This document shows, one piece after another, positions 52,101 to 60,190 of a stretch of 64,000 nucleotides of DNA. Each line of letters opens with the position of its first letter. The first letter of the stretch is position 1. Under the pieces are notes generated by a model that saw only the letters and a list, made by a program, of their open reading frames with translations, was not told the origin of the DNA and made no database searches. The DNA is from Polyangiaceae bacterium (lineage in GTDB: Bacteria; Myxococcota_A; Polyangia; Polyangiales; Polyangiaceae). The DNA lies in the NCBI GenBank assembly GCA_016712345.1, contig JADJRH010000002.1, positions 264,466 to 328,465 of the forward strand, in the 5' to 3' direction. The position numbers and the translations under genes were made by a program.

Positions 52101-54080
52101 GATCTACCCACGGTGAAACTCATCGACAGCGCCCTTCGAACGCTCGAAAATCTACCCTTGTTCGTTGTCGCCACAGCGCGCGAGTCGGTGGGAGATTTGT
52201 TTCCCAAGTTATGGCACGAACGGGTGCCTCAAGAAATTCGCGTGGGGCCTCTCTCCGCAAAAGCGAGCGAAAAAATTGTTCGTTCCGTGTTGGGGGCCGC
52301 CGCGGACAAAGACCTTGTGTCAAAGGTTGTTTCACGCGCCGGTGGACATCCGCTCCACTTGGAAGAGATCGTGCGGGCCGTTGCCGAAAGACCCGGCAGC
52401 GAGTTGCCCGACACAGTGCTTGCGGTTGTGGAGGCTCGTCTCGCGGCGCTCGATCCGGCGGCGCGTTTGGTGCTTCGCGCGGCGAGCGTTTTTGGTAGAA
52501 CGTTTTGGCAAGGCGCCGTTACAGAACTCACCTCACTCCGATCTTCCACGGTTGCCGATTGGCTTCGCGACTTGGATGAACACGAATGGATCAAGCGATC
52601 TACCCTATCGCGTTTTGTGGGTGAAACCGAGTTTGTCATTCAACAGGATCTTGTACAGGAAGCTGCGTACGCCATGCTCCATGAGAGCGATCGCGAGTTG
52701 GGTCACAGACTCGCCGCCAACTTTCTTGTGCGCTCGGGCGAGCGTGATCCAACCGTGTTGTCGCGGCATTTTGAGTTGGGAGGTGACTCTGCCCGCGCCG
52801 CGCTCTGGCTTCTGCGGGCAGCGGAACAAGCTCTCGACGGCAACGACTTTGCGGCGGCTGTAACCCTTTCTGCCAAGGCTGCGGCTCTCAGCAACGATCC
52901 CATTCACGGAGGCCGGGCCGCGGCCATCTCGGCAGAGGCGAACTTGCATCGCGGCGAGTTGACAGCCGCGCGAGAACAGGCGTTTTTTGCGATGAAACAC
53001 CTCGCTCCCCCCGAGCCGGAGTATTTTCGTGCCTGCTCTTCGGCGGTGGCTTCAAGTGGAAAACTCGGCGACCTTGAAAGTGTACAGAAAGTCGCGCGGT
53101 CGCTTCTTGAGTTGGACGCGGCAAGCTGTCCACCCATTTCGCTCGCATCGGTGGGTGGAAACGGTATTGTCCAATGTTTTATTCTCGGCGATACTGCCCT
53201 CGGAACAACCTTTCTAGAGTGGTTTGATAAGATCGCCCACCAAGCCGCTCAAACAGAACCTCTCGTTGCCGCTCAACTGGCGCGGGCACGTGGGGCGAAG
53301 GCAGCGTATTCAGGCGATCTATACGGTTCAATAGAGCAGCTGCGAAACGCTGTCATCGCTTCGGACGCCGCCGGGGACATGCGCTCGGCGTGCGCGTTGC
53401 GAAAAACCCTTGGATGGTATCTCGGCGAACTTGGGGCTCTTGAAGAGGCCGAAAAAGCGCTGCGCGAGGCCATTTCCGCAGCTGATAAAATGGGTCTGAC
53501 AAGCCTCGCGCCCCATGCCAAACACGACCTGGGGTCACCGCTGCTTCGCCTGGGTAAACTCGATGAAGTGCGCATCTCTCAAGAAGAAGCCCTGATCGCC
53601 TTTGATTTGCAAGGAGACAAGCGCCTTCAGTCGAGTGCCCACGCGCTTTTGAGCGCCGTTCAGCTTTTGGCAGGCGATCTTGACGCCGCCGAACGTGAGG
53701 CGAATCTGGCCCTTTCATTGGCTCCTTCGGACATGATTCGCTTTACAGCGCTGACGCGCCTCGCCGACGCTCAACGCGCGCGTGGTCACCATGAAGAAGC
53801 TATTGCCACAGCAGATATTGCCCTCAAGGTTGCCGATGAAACGGGCAACATCGAAGAGTGTTTGGTGCTTTGTTACCTCGTTCGCGCTGAAAGTCTCATT
53901 CAGCTTGGACAACGTAACGAGGCAGAATCTACCCTGCGTCGCGCCCGAGTAGAAATCGAGCGCCGCGCCGCGGGCATCAGTGATCTCACCCTTCGCGGTT
54001 CGTTCGTTGCCCGCATCCCTGAAAATGCCCGCGTCTTGGAACTTTGTAACACGCAGTTCCAAGATCAGGGGCATTCGTGA
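49131..54080 (+). CDS. tandem Ser/Thr kinase - (pseudo)kinase - AAA(STAND) - TPR signalling protein
   Basis: Kinase 1: GGMGAVWRA, VVKV, HRDLKPSN, DFGVAK, SPSYMSPE. Kinase-like 2: GEGSMGVVF, ALKLF, HGDLTPSN (HRD->HGD, K->T), DFGIS, TPGYLAPE. A possible degenerate cyclase-like linker is followed by P-loop IIKGPAGAGKSRL and a long TPR/helical C-terminus. Confidence 0.85.
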   Translation: MSFAAIGVLLGGRYLLERRLAEGGMGAVWRARHIKLDVPVVVKVMTPVLASSSEARTRFEREAKAAARLTSPHVVEVHDYGVEGDTPYIVMEHLEGQDLAMRLAARGHLRVDETAEVIDQIAKALDVAHAAGVVHRDLKPSNVFLAKTGREEVVKVLDFGVAKLRSEPGISTLPGMVMGSPSYMSPEQTKGATALDYRSDLWSLGVVAFECLTGALPFDRDDVTDLIIAISQAPVPSVTSFAPWLNPELNSFFVRALSRPVATRFQSALELAEAFVAAAGLPARVRSTFSSQDSHSVGESAGARLSLSTGSLHSEKTVALRAKPSDDISTLTGAPKSKSRSGAALANVGEVIAGRFEVLSAAGEGSMGVVFHTHDKVTGSQAALKLFRPSVVDTSRFFQEAHALSESHHPAVVRYVAHGVTSEGQPYLAMEWVDGISLAMRLKLGPLGVTESLVLAIRLAEGLGAVHRNGIVHGDLTPSNILLSSGRLEDAKIIDFGISHRGKNSRLNVSQPLQVTGTPGYLAPEQALAGQTTDSRADVFSLGCVLFECLAGRSPFAADSAFAAIGKLTAAPVPRLSDIMPTAPAGLDALLGRLLAHNRESRPENGADAAALMAAVHDLEAPVSRGREGMTQGERKLVPVVLVVPAASLPTLPTVGLQLAADAAQDDATLNVTTDVVARNEQLTPIARRYQCRVEIVQGGAFALIGEGAGLLVDQATQAALCALAVHAAFPDSAVSVATGRKGKRGGVLDRAAACLVRAFGGGEGAHNDLPPVLDDASFGLLDGRFDIDRSTQHYLLRGRLLREEDQGRLLGKVVPCAGREPELSILDTLYRECSEESTAKVVIIKGPAGAGKSRLRREFLRRLKDRGEVFIEWVGRGDVMNAGSPFAILSNAVHSMLDLAGGEPDDVRRAALREVVARRVPADRVNSVTAFVGEMVGIPFPDDSDPQIEAARKDALLLGDQRRRAFEELLAAECSKSPLVLVLEDLHLSDLPTVKLIDSALRTLENLPLFVVATARESVGDLFPKLWHERVPQEIRVGPLSAKASEKIVRSVLGAAADKDLVSKVVSRAGGHPLHLEEIVRAVAERPGSELPDTVLAVVEARLAALDPAARLVLRAASVFGRTFWQGAVTELTSLRSSTVADWLRDLDEHEWIKRSTLSRFVGETEFVIQQDLVQEAAYAMLHESDRELGHRLAANFLVRSGERDPTVLSRHFELGGDSARAALWLLRAAEQALDGNDFAAAVTLSAKAAALSNDPIHGGRAAAISAEANLHRGELTAAREQAFFAMKHLAPPEPEYFRACSSAVASSGKLGDLESVQKVARSLLELDAASCPPISLASVGGNGIVQCFILGDTALGTTFLEWFDKIAHQAAQTEPLVAAQLARARGAKAAYSGDLYGSIEQLRNAVIASDAAGDMRSACALRKTLGWYLGELGALEEAEKALREAISAADKMGLTSLAPHAKHDLGSPLLRLGKLDEVRISQEEALIAFDLQGDKRLQSSAHALLSAVQLLAGDLDAAEREANLALSLAPSDMIRFTALTRLADAQRARGHHEEAIATADIALKVADETGNIEECLVLCYLVRAESLIQLGQRNEAESTLRRARVEIERRAAGISDLTLRGSFVARIPENARVLELCNTQFQDQGHS

Positions 54081-55168
54081 TATTCGATGAACGCATGACG
54101 GAAGTGGACCTCTTCCTTGCCGAACGACGCAGGCGATCCGATGAACGGCTTGCGGCTGTAAAAAACGCTCTACTCCGTGAAATTCCCGAGGCAGAAAGGG
54201 TTGAATTGCTCGGGCATCACACCTGCATTTACGCCGTCGGCTCCGGTGGGCGCGGAGAACTTTCTCGTTACAGCGATCTTGACCTTTTCCTCGTCAAGCA
54301 GGGTTCTCCCCGCAGGGTAGATGAAATTCGCCTGCAAAGTGCGGTGATTCGTGCTCTTCGTTCTGAAGGTTTTGAAGACCCGTCCAACGACGCGAGCTTT
54401 CTCAAGTTGCATGCCGCCGAACACTTAATTGAGCGGTTGGGGGAGCCCAGTGACGACACCGAAAACACGTTTACCGTGCGCATGCTCCTGCTTCTCGAAA
54501 GTCGACCGCTGCTCGGTGACCTTGCGCACGAAAGGCTCGCAAAAAAAGCTCTCGACGCATATTGGAAAAATGTGGAGGCGCACCGGGAAGATTATCTACC
54601 CATTGTTTTCTTCAACGACATCATTCGCTACTGGCGCATGATGCTCCTGAATTACGAATCGAAAACGGCCGACAAACAGCGCAGAGTTGAACGGATGTTT
54701 GCCGCCGGCCCCTCGCCTGAACGCACCCGTGCCGAGTTGGACCTGGAGGCCGACAAAAACCTACGCAGTTATAAACTGCGATTTAGCCGGTGTCTTCTTT
54801 GTTATTCGAGCGTTGCATATTTAATGGCTGAAGCGTACCGCACCCAAACCGAACAGAAGCGCGCTCACGTGACGCGTGAAGTGGTAGATCACATGGTCAT
54901 GTTGCCACCCATGGATCGATTACGCGAGGCAATTGACAAGGCGAAAACCGCGCCGGGCGTTACAGAAATCGGGCGGGAGTTAACGGCTCTCTACGCTCAA
55001 TTTCTCCGCGATACAGATCGCTCCAAAAACGAACTTCACGCAATCTTTGTGAGTCGGCGCGACAGAAAGCCGCTTTTTAACGCCGCCAAAGAGTTTGGTG
55101 AAAAGATGTATGATTTTATTATGGCCCTCGGGCACAATAATCCAATGTTTCGCTATCTGGTGGTATGA
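54077..55168 (+). CDS. GlnD/DUF294-type nucleotidyltransferase with substrate-binding helical domain
   Basis: IYAVGSGGRGELSRYSDLDLFLV matches the GlnD-like pol-beta NTase motif (G[GS]xGRGEL...SD[IL]DL). About 240 aa of helical domain follows. The start overlaps the kinase stop by 4 nt. Confidence 0.55.
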   Translation: MIFDERMTEVDLFLAERRRRSDERLAAVKNALLREIPEAERVELLGHHTCIYAVGSGGRGELSRYSDLDLFLVKQGSPRRVDEIRLQSAVIRALRSEGFEDPSNDASFLKLHAAEHLIERLGEPSDDTENTFTVRMLLLLESRPLLGDLAHERLAKKALDAYWKNVEAHREDYLPIVFFNDIIRYWRMMLLNYESKTADKQRRVERMFAAGPSPERTRAELDLEADKNLRSYKLRFSRCLLCYSSVAYLMAEAYRTQTEQKRAHVTREVVDHMVMLPPMDRLREAIDKAKTAPGVTEIGRELTALYAQFLRDTDRSKNELHAIFVSRRDRKPLFNAAKEFGEKMYDFIMALGHNNPMFRYLVV

Positions 55169-55220
55169 TTGATAATGTCGTTCCGGTGTGTTTGATCAGC
55201 TTGGCAGCAAGGAGACAATC

Positions 55221-55907
55221 ATGAACAAGCGCTTGTGGATGCTTGGTTTGGCGCTCATTCTACCCGCCTGTGACGGGGGTGGTGACGGCTCGGGTGGAAG
55301 CGCCGGTTCGGCGGGCTCCGCCGGTTCGGCGGGGGGTGAAACCACGGGAGCGGCGGGGACCGCCGGGTCTGGAACGGGAGGCAACTCTACTACCGGCTCC
55401 GGGGGCAGCACAGGCAGCACCGCGCCGGTGGGCGATTGTTCCGTGGCCATGCCCTGCACAACGGCGGGAGAGTCGTGCGTTTTTCCGGCCAACTCGTGCG
55501 GTTCAGATGCAACCGGCACGTGCAAAGAAATCACCTGTGACGGTACCGAAGAAAACCATGGTCCGATTTGCCTCTGCGATGGTGAGGTATTTGAGTTTAA
55601 CGCCGAGTGTCTGGTGTGGGATCAGAGTAAACCCATTGCCCCGGCCGACAATTGTGCCAACGGAACCTTCTCGTGCGGTACAGAAACATGCACCTACAAT
55701 ACGCAGTTTTGTATTGTGACCTACGCGGGGCCCGAGGGGTCAACTCCGTCGTATGAGTGCCGCAACGTTGTAGATGCTCAAACCACTTGCCTTTACGGCA
55801 TTTCAGATTGCGGATGTATCAACCTGACGGACCTTGGCTGCCCTGACACAAGCTGCTGTTATATGGATGGTTTCTACCAAGAAACCGTCACCATTTATCT
55901 ACCTTAG
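55221..55907 (+). CDS. Gly/Ser-linker, Cys-rich lipoprotein
   Basis: Lipobox LILPACDG. Linker GSAGSAGSAGSAGG. About 24 Cys in the C-terminal 150 aa. Confidence 0.45.
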   Translation: MNKRLWMLGLALILPACDGGGDGSGGSAGSAGSAGSAGGETTGAAGTAGSGTGGNSTTGSGGSTGSTAPVGDCSVAMPCTTAGESCVFPANSCGSDATGTCKEITCDGTEENHGPICLCDGEVFEFNAECLVWDQSKPIAPADNCANGTFSCGTETCTYNTQFCIVTYAGPEGSTPSYECRNVVDAQTTCLYGISDCGCINLTDLGCPDTSCCYMDGFYQETVTIYLP

Positions 55908-57061
55908 CGATAATTGCCGTCCGAAGGCGACTTGACTACCAATGCCTGTTTTGACAGGCCCAAGTCTTCAAGGCCGCCGCTCAACAGGCCCGCGCTGCCC
56001 GGTGGTCCGGGGAGCCATAAGGCGAACCCCCGCGCTCCAGCGTTTACTTCCCCACCCAAAGTCTGCTGATCCCACGTTCCCGTGTTCAGGTCCATTTGCC
56101 AAAGATCCCCCAACATGCTTGCACCCGTGGGTGAGTCGGACCCAAACCCCATGACAAGCGAAGTCATGTCCGCTCTAAAAGCTACCCATGGCAAACGTCG
56201 TCCCGACGGTTTAAGACCCGGTTGAATTTTGACTTCTGTCCACGTTTCTGTTGCAGGGTCAAAACTCCAAACGTCGGCTAGAAAATTGGGCGAACCGTTG
56301 AGTGGACCAAGCCCACCTAAAAGCCAGAGCGGGCCACCCTCCACCGGGTAGCGAAGGACACCGTCATAACGCGCCTGTGGCCCTTTTGCCGTCAGTTCGG
56401 TGAAGCTTCCATCGGTGGGTAGATAGCGCCACATCACATCTGAAAACCCGGTTTGCGCCGAGGCGCCGCCAAAAATGTACCCTTCGTCGCGATCGGCTAA
56501 AAAGACGGCATGACACCCAACGGGGTGTTCAGCGGCGCCGGGCGATCCAAGGGCCGTCACTTCGTTGGTGGTCAGGTTTACCTTTTCAACATTGGTGGTT
56601 TCGTTGAAATCTGTTCCTCGACCACCGATGATAATCAACTCATTTCGGTTGGTATCTACCATGGCACAGCCGCAGTATCGATTTGAAATCGGAGCAGTGA
56701 CAGCGGTTGCCTTTACCCCGTCCGCGGTTTGCTCAACGCGAACCAGATTGGCTGTTACAGGGCCCGCCGTTCCACCGACGCCCCCCACCAAATAAGCCAC
56801 TTTCCCCGATTCTTGCGCAACAATCCCACCCCATACGGGGGGTAGATTTTCAACACTGACCAGGTCAAACGACCACGGCCCCGGCTCTTCGGTCTGGGTG
56901 GTGGTACCACCCCCGGAACCACCCGTGCCGCCCGTTGTTGATGACGTTTCACCCCCGGCACCTCCCGTTGAGGTTTCCGTTGAAGAACCGTCGCAGGCCT
57001 GAACCAGCAGGCCCAGGGCTAGGGTTAGGCCCAAGCAAACATTCGATCGCATTCGATTCAT
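55904..57061 (-). CDS. Kelch/beta-propeller repeat lipoprotein
   Basis: Lipobox LLVQACDG. Gly/Thr linker. Repeated Kelch-like blades (YLVGG..., IIIGG..., YIFGG..., WLLGG..., the last followed by a GG pair). Confidence 0.5.
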   Translation of the reverse strand: MNRMRSNVCLGLTLALGLLVQACDGSSTETSTGGAGGETSSTTGGTGGSGGGTTTQTEEPGPWSFDLVSVENLPPVWGGIVAQESGKVAYLVGGVGGTAGPVTANLVRVEQTADGVKATAVTAPISNRYCGCAMVDTNRNELIIIGGRGTDFNETTNVEKVNLTTNEVTALGSPGAAEHPVGCHAVFLADRDEGYIFGGASAQTGFSDVMWRYLPTDGSFTELTAKGPQARYDGVLRYPVEGGPLWLLGGLGPLNGSPNFLADVWSFDPATETWTEVKIQPGLKPSGRRLPWVAFRADMTSLVMGFGSDSPTGASMLGDLWQMDLNTGTWDQQTLGGEVNAGARGFALWLPGPPGSAGLLSGGLEDLGLSKQALVVKSPSDGNYR

Positions 57062-57277
57062 GAGCGAGCCGCCCTCAGCAATCCGCGTGCCTCCAGAAAG
57101 GGCGACACATTTCCGGCGTTCTAAAAATGCGAATGCGAGGCTCATAAATGACAAGTGCAATCTGACAGGGCGTCAACAACTTAACGCGCGGGCGAGCACT
57201 TCGTCCTGTGCGCGCCGTCCGGTCAACTGCGCGGGTGCGTTTCGCGTCGAAATAGGATAACAACAGTCCAACTCCCT

Positions 57278-58624
57278 ATGCGCTTGTCCACCGTTCTCAC
57301 TCAGTTTCTCGTGTGCATCCCCATCATCGGTGCCGCGGGGTGTTCCTTAGCGGAGCCGATCTTAATTCCAATGTGTCAAGAAACGCCGGAGGCGCGGAGC
57401 GAGCAGAAACAACCTTCCAAGCCGCTGCCCGCGCACCCTGACTACGAGCAGCTTCGCGCGCTCAGAAACTATTATTCTGTTCAATCGGTTGAAGAGTACG
57501 CTCACCACTTTTCGGTTTGGTTCAGCTGTGTTGAGTCCAGTACGGCGCACTACACGGTTTCGCCCTCGGGTGAAGTTCGCAAAGTCGGCGGCGCGTGGGG
57601 AGGTCTCGCCACGACAGATAGAAAGGTTGACAGTGTTCCGCCGGAGCAGGCTCAAAACGCCGCTCTTGTTCGAACCGAGCACGATCGAGCGTATCTCCAC
57701 GAGTCAAAACCGATTGTTGTGTACATGGGTTCTTACCGCCGGGTTTGGGTAAATGAAGTGGTGCCGTGGCACGGTCCTGGAAGTCCATACAAACGGATGA
57801 TGAACCACATGGAAGTAGCATTTCGAGCCAATGCCGATCTTACCTCGTTCGACGGGTATGAAACGTTCTCCGGCGGCACAACAAAGCTGTGTTGGGAAGA
57901 CCTCTCTGTCCGAGACTGTTCCAACCCCCATTGGGTAGATTTCACTCCGTCCAAGTCACCCACTTCACTTCTTGTCGCGCTTGCCTCCAATAATGCGGCC
58001 GCGCCGGTTTTGTCTGAAGAACGGCAGAAGTTCAACGAAGTGGTGTTGGCCGCCGCTCGCAAAAAAGTGGCAGGTGAGCCGGGCACCCCGCTCGCCGATA
58101 TTCTAACGCATCAAGAAGCGACCTTACTCCCCACCGGCTACAATCCCGAATTTGTCATTGGGTTTAGAATGCACGCCCACCCTAAAGAAGGTGCAAACCA
58201 AAAAAACGTGGAGTCACAGTTTTCAAAAACCCTTCTTTTGAGCGACATTTTTAAGGGTTCAATCAAAACAACATTGGAAGGTCAAGTGGCCGGTCAACCC
58301 GTCAGCGCCGACGTGACCATCTCGGTTGACCCGAAACCGCCCCAACCTCAAGGCGAGTTTGAAACATCGCTCCAGTTTGTGTACACAATTCGTGCCGTGG
58401 GCAGTTCGCGCTCGGCCGAGTTAAAGGTAACCGCCAAAGTGATTGTCGACGGTGATCGTGTGGCTCTCCTGTGGAGAAATCTACCCAAAGAGGTTGAGCA
58501 GGCTCCACATTTGCCGCCGCTGACTCAAACGTTTGCCGGTACCGGAATGTATAAAGAAGTGGAAAGCCACTTTTTTCTGACAAGCGACACCATGCCCAAA
58601 CCGTGGTATCCGCCGAGCAGGTAG
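57278..58624 (+). CDS. hypothetical lipoprotein
   Basis: Lipobox IIGAAGCS. No recognisable domain. Confidence 0.35.
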   Translation: MRLSTVLTQFLVCIPIIGAAGCSLAEPILIPMCQETPEARSEQKQPSKPLPAHPDYEQLRALRNYYSVQSVEEYAHHFSVWFSCVESSTAHYTVSPSGEVRKVGGAWGGLATTDRKVDSVPPEQAQNAALVRTEHDRAYLHESKPIVVYMGSYRRVWVNEVVPWHGPGSPYKRMMNHMEVAFRANADLTSFDGYETFSGGTTKLCWEDLSVRDCSNPHWVDFTPSKSPTSLLVALASNNAAAPVLSEERQKFNEVVLAAARKKVAGEPGTPLADILTHQEATLLPTGYNPEFVIGFRMHAHPKEGANQKNVESQFSKTLLLSDIFKGSIKTTLEGQVAGQPVSADVTISVDPKPPQPQGEFETSLQFVYTIRAVGSSRSAELKVTAKVIVDGDRVALLWRNLPKEVEQAPHLPPLTQTFAGTGMYKEVESHFFLTSDTMPKPWYPPSR

Positions 58625-58632
58625 GCCGCGGC

Positions 58633-59112
58633 TCAGGTTTTTTGCCGGCCAGACTCGGCTTCATAAAACGCTTCTGAGTAGCGTTCTGCAGCCGCCGCGT
58701 CTCGTGCAAAAACGCGCGCAAAATGGCGCTCAGCGCGGAGATAGTCGGCGGTGGAAAGGCCTCGGGCTGCCACCGCCTTTTCCACTCCTACCACCGAGAT
58801 GGCAAAACGTAGGCGCGCCCATTCTTCAACTGTCAGGTTTGGAACCGGAGCAAGCGCGTCCTGGGCCTTGGCAAACGCTGCCGCAAATGTTTCTGCGACG
58901 TTTGGTTCGCCGCCGGCCAACGCTTCTTGTGCCATTTGTTCGAGGTAGTGGGTTTCAGCCCGCTTCCACTCGTCGCGCGTCAGCGAGTGCGCGGCGAGCA
59001 CATTGGCCAACGTGGCTCCGGCCTCGGCCAGGGCCGCTTTTATAGCAGCCACTTGTTCAAGCGTCATCTCCGGGGCGTGTGGCTCCTGTGCCATATCTAT
59101 GCGCCGAACCAT
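58633..59112 (-). CDS. hypothetical helical protein
   Basis: ORF only. Divergent from the DUF2169 gene. Confidence 0.3.
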   Translation of the reverse strand: MVRRIDMAQEPHAPEMTLEQVAAIKAALAEAGATLANVLAAHSLTRDEWKRAETHYLEQMAQEALAGGEPNVAETFAAAFAKAQDALAPVPNLTVEEWARLRFAISVVGVEKAVAARGLSTADYLRAERHFARVFARDAAAAERYSEAFYEAESGRQKT

Positions 59113-59157
59113 AGTTTTGAGATTTTATCAGGTCAACAAGTATGCGACACTGCCTGT

Positions 59158-60144
59158 ATGGGTTTTCTCAATGCGACCCCGTACGTCGCTCTCGACTTCG
59201 CTGTCACAGACCATGAAGGTCGGGCGGTTGTGGTCGCCATTGTCAAAGCCACCTTTGACATTCAACAAGGGAAGGCGACGCTCGCAGAAGAACAAATTCC
59301 GCTTCGAGCAAACGATGTCCCCCTGAATGTAGAAAACCCAATGGGAAGTATCCAGTTTGCCTCCGACCTTTGTCATATCAAACACGGCGCCGATGTGTTG
59401 GTTGTCGGGGAGGCGGTTTCGCGTTCTGCCGTCAAGTCGCTCGATGTTTCGGTAAAAGTGGCGTCCAAAGCACTCACGGTGCGCGTTTTCGGAGATAGGC
59501 AGTTTGTTCAGGGCGCTTCCGATATTGTGGTGGGCGCGGCTCTGCCGTTTGAGCGTATGCCCATTGTGTATGAGCGGGCCTACGGGGGTATGACAGAAGA
59601 CCTGACGGAGATCGAAGAGCGCAATCCTGCGGGCGTCGGCGTTGCCAAGAAAAAAAAGGATCTGGTTGGGCGGCCGGCGCCGCAGGTAGAGCACCCATCG
59701 TTGCCTCACAAAACAGCCAATGACAAACATCCGCCCATCGGTCTCGGTCCGATCATGACTCATTGGCTGCCGCGTCGGTCGTACGCCGGAACATTCGATG
59801 AAACGTGGAAAACCACGCGCATGCCCATGATGCCGGCAGACTACAACATCAAATACAATAACTGCGCTCACCCAAGCCTGGTGTTCGACAATCCTCTGGC
59901 GCCCGGTGACCCCGTTTCTGTGCTTGGTATGCACGAAGATGGGTTGCTCGCATTTGACATCCCCAACTGGAAGGCGGTTGCCCGCGCCCGGTTTGAACAC
60001 AAAGGTAAGGTTACCATTCCTCTCGGCGTGGATACATTGGTGCTTCACCCCAATGACAAGCGGTTTGAAATGGTGGGTAGGTACGCTTTCCCCGTGGGTA
60101 GGGGAGGTGACGTGCTCCGTGAACTTTCGGTGGACTTTGCGTAG
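59158..60144 (+). CDS. DUF2169 domain protein (type VI secretion effector-adaptor family)
   Basis: N-terminus NATPYVALDFAVTDHEGRAVVVAIVKATFDI matches my recollection of the DUF2169 N-terminal consensus (..TPF.a..f...d..g....vvvvKaTy.l). Size about 330 aa. I cannot verify the Pfam hit without a search. Confidence 0.5.
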   Translation: MGFLNATPYVALDFAVTDHEGRAVVVAIVKATFDIQQGKATLAEEQIPLRANDVPLNVENPMGSIQFASDLCHIKHGADVLVVGEAVSRSAVKSLDVSVKVASKALTVRVFGDRQFVQGASDIVVGAALPFERMPIVYERAYGGMTEDLTEIEERNPAGVGVAKKKKDLVGRPAPQVEHPSLPHKTANDKHPPIGLGPIMTHWLPRRSYAGTFDETWKTTRMPMMPADYNIKYNNCAHPSLVFDNPLAPGDPVSVLGMHEDGLLAFDIPNWKAVARARFEHKGKVTIPLGVDTLVLHPNDKRFEMVGRYAFPVGRGGDVLRELSVDFA

Positions 60145-60190
60145 TTTTGCGTGGTTTGGCCGGCGTTTGCGCGGGTAAAGCAGCCGAGTG

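Noticed and set aside
54077-55168. Interpretation as a CBASS-type CD-NTase (cyclic oligonucleotide synthase)
   Set aside because: The motif G-S-G-G-R-G-E-L...S-D-L-D-L fits the GlnD/DUF294 NTase signature (GRGEL...SDIDL) better than the CD-NTase GS...[DE]h[DE]h context. No Cap effector, TRIP13/HORMA or E1/E2-like genes are adjacent.
58927-59157. N-terminal extension of the DUF2169 ORF back to 58927
   Set aside because: The upstream 77 codons are Arg/His-rich, overlap the divergent 58633-59112 gene, and precede the conserved family N-terminus. The start was reset to 59158.
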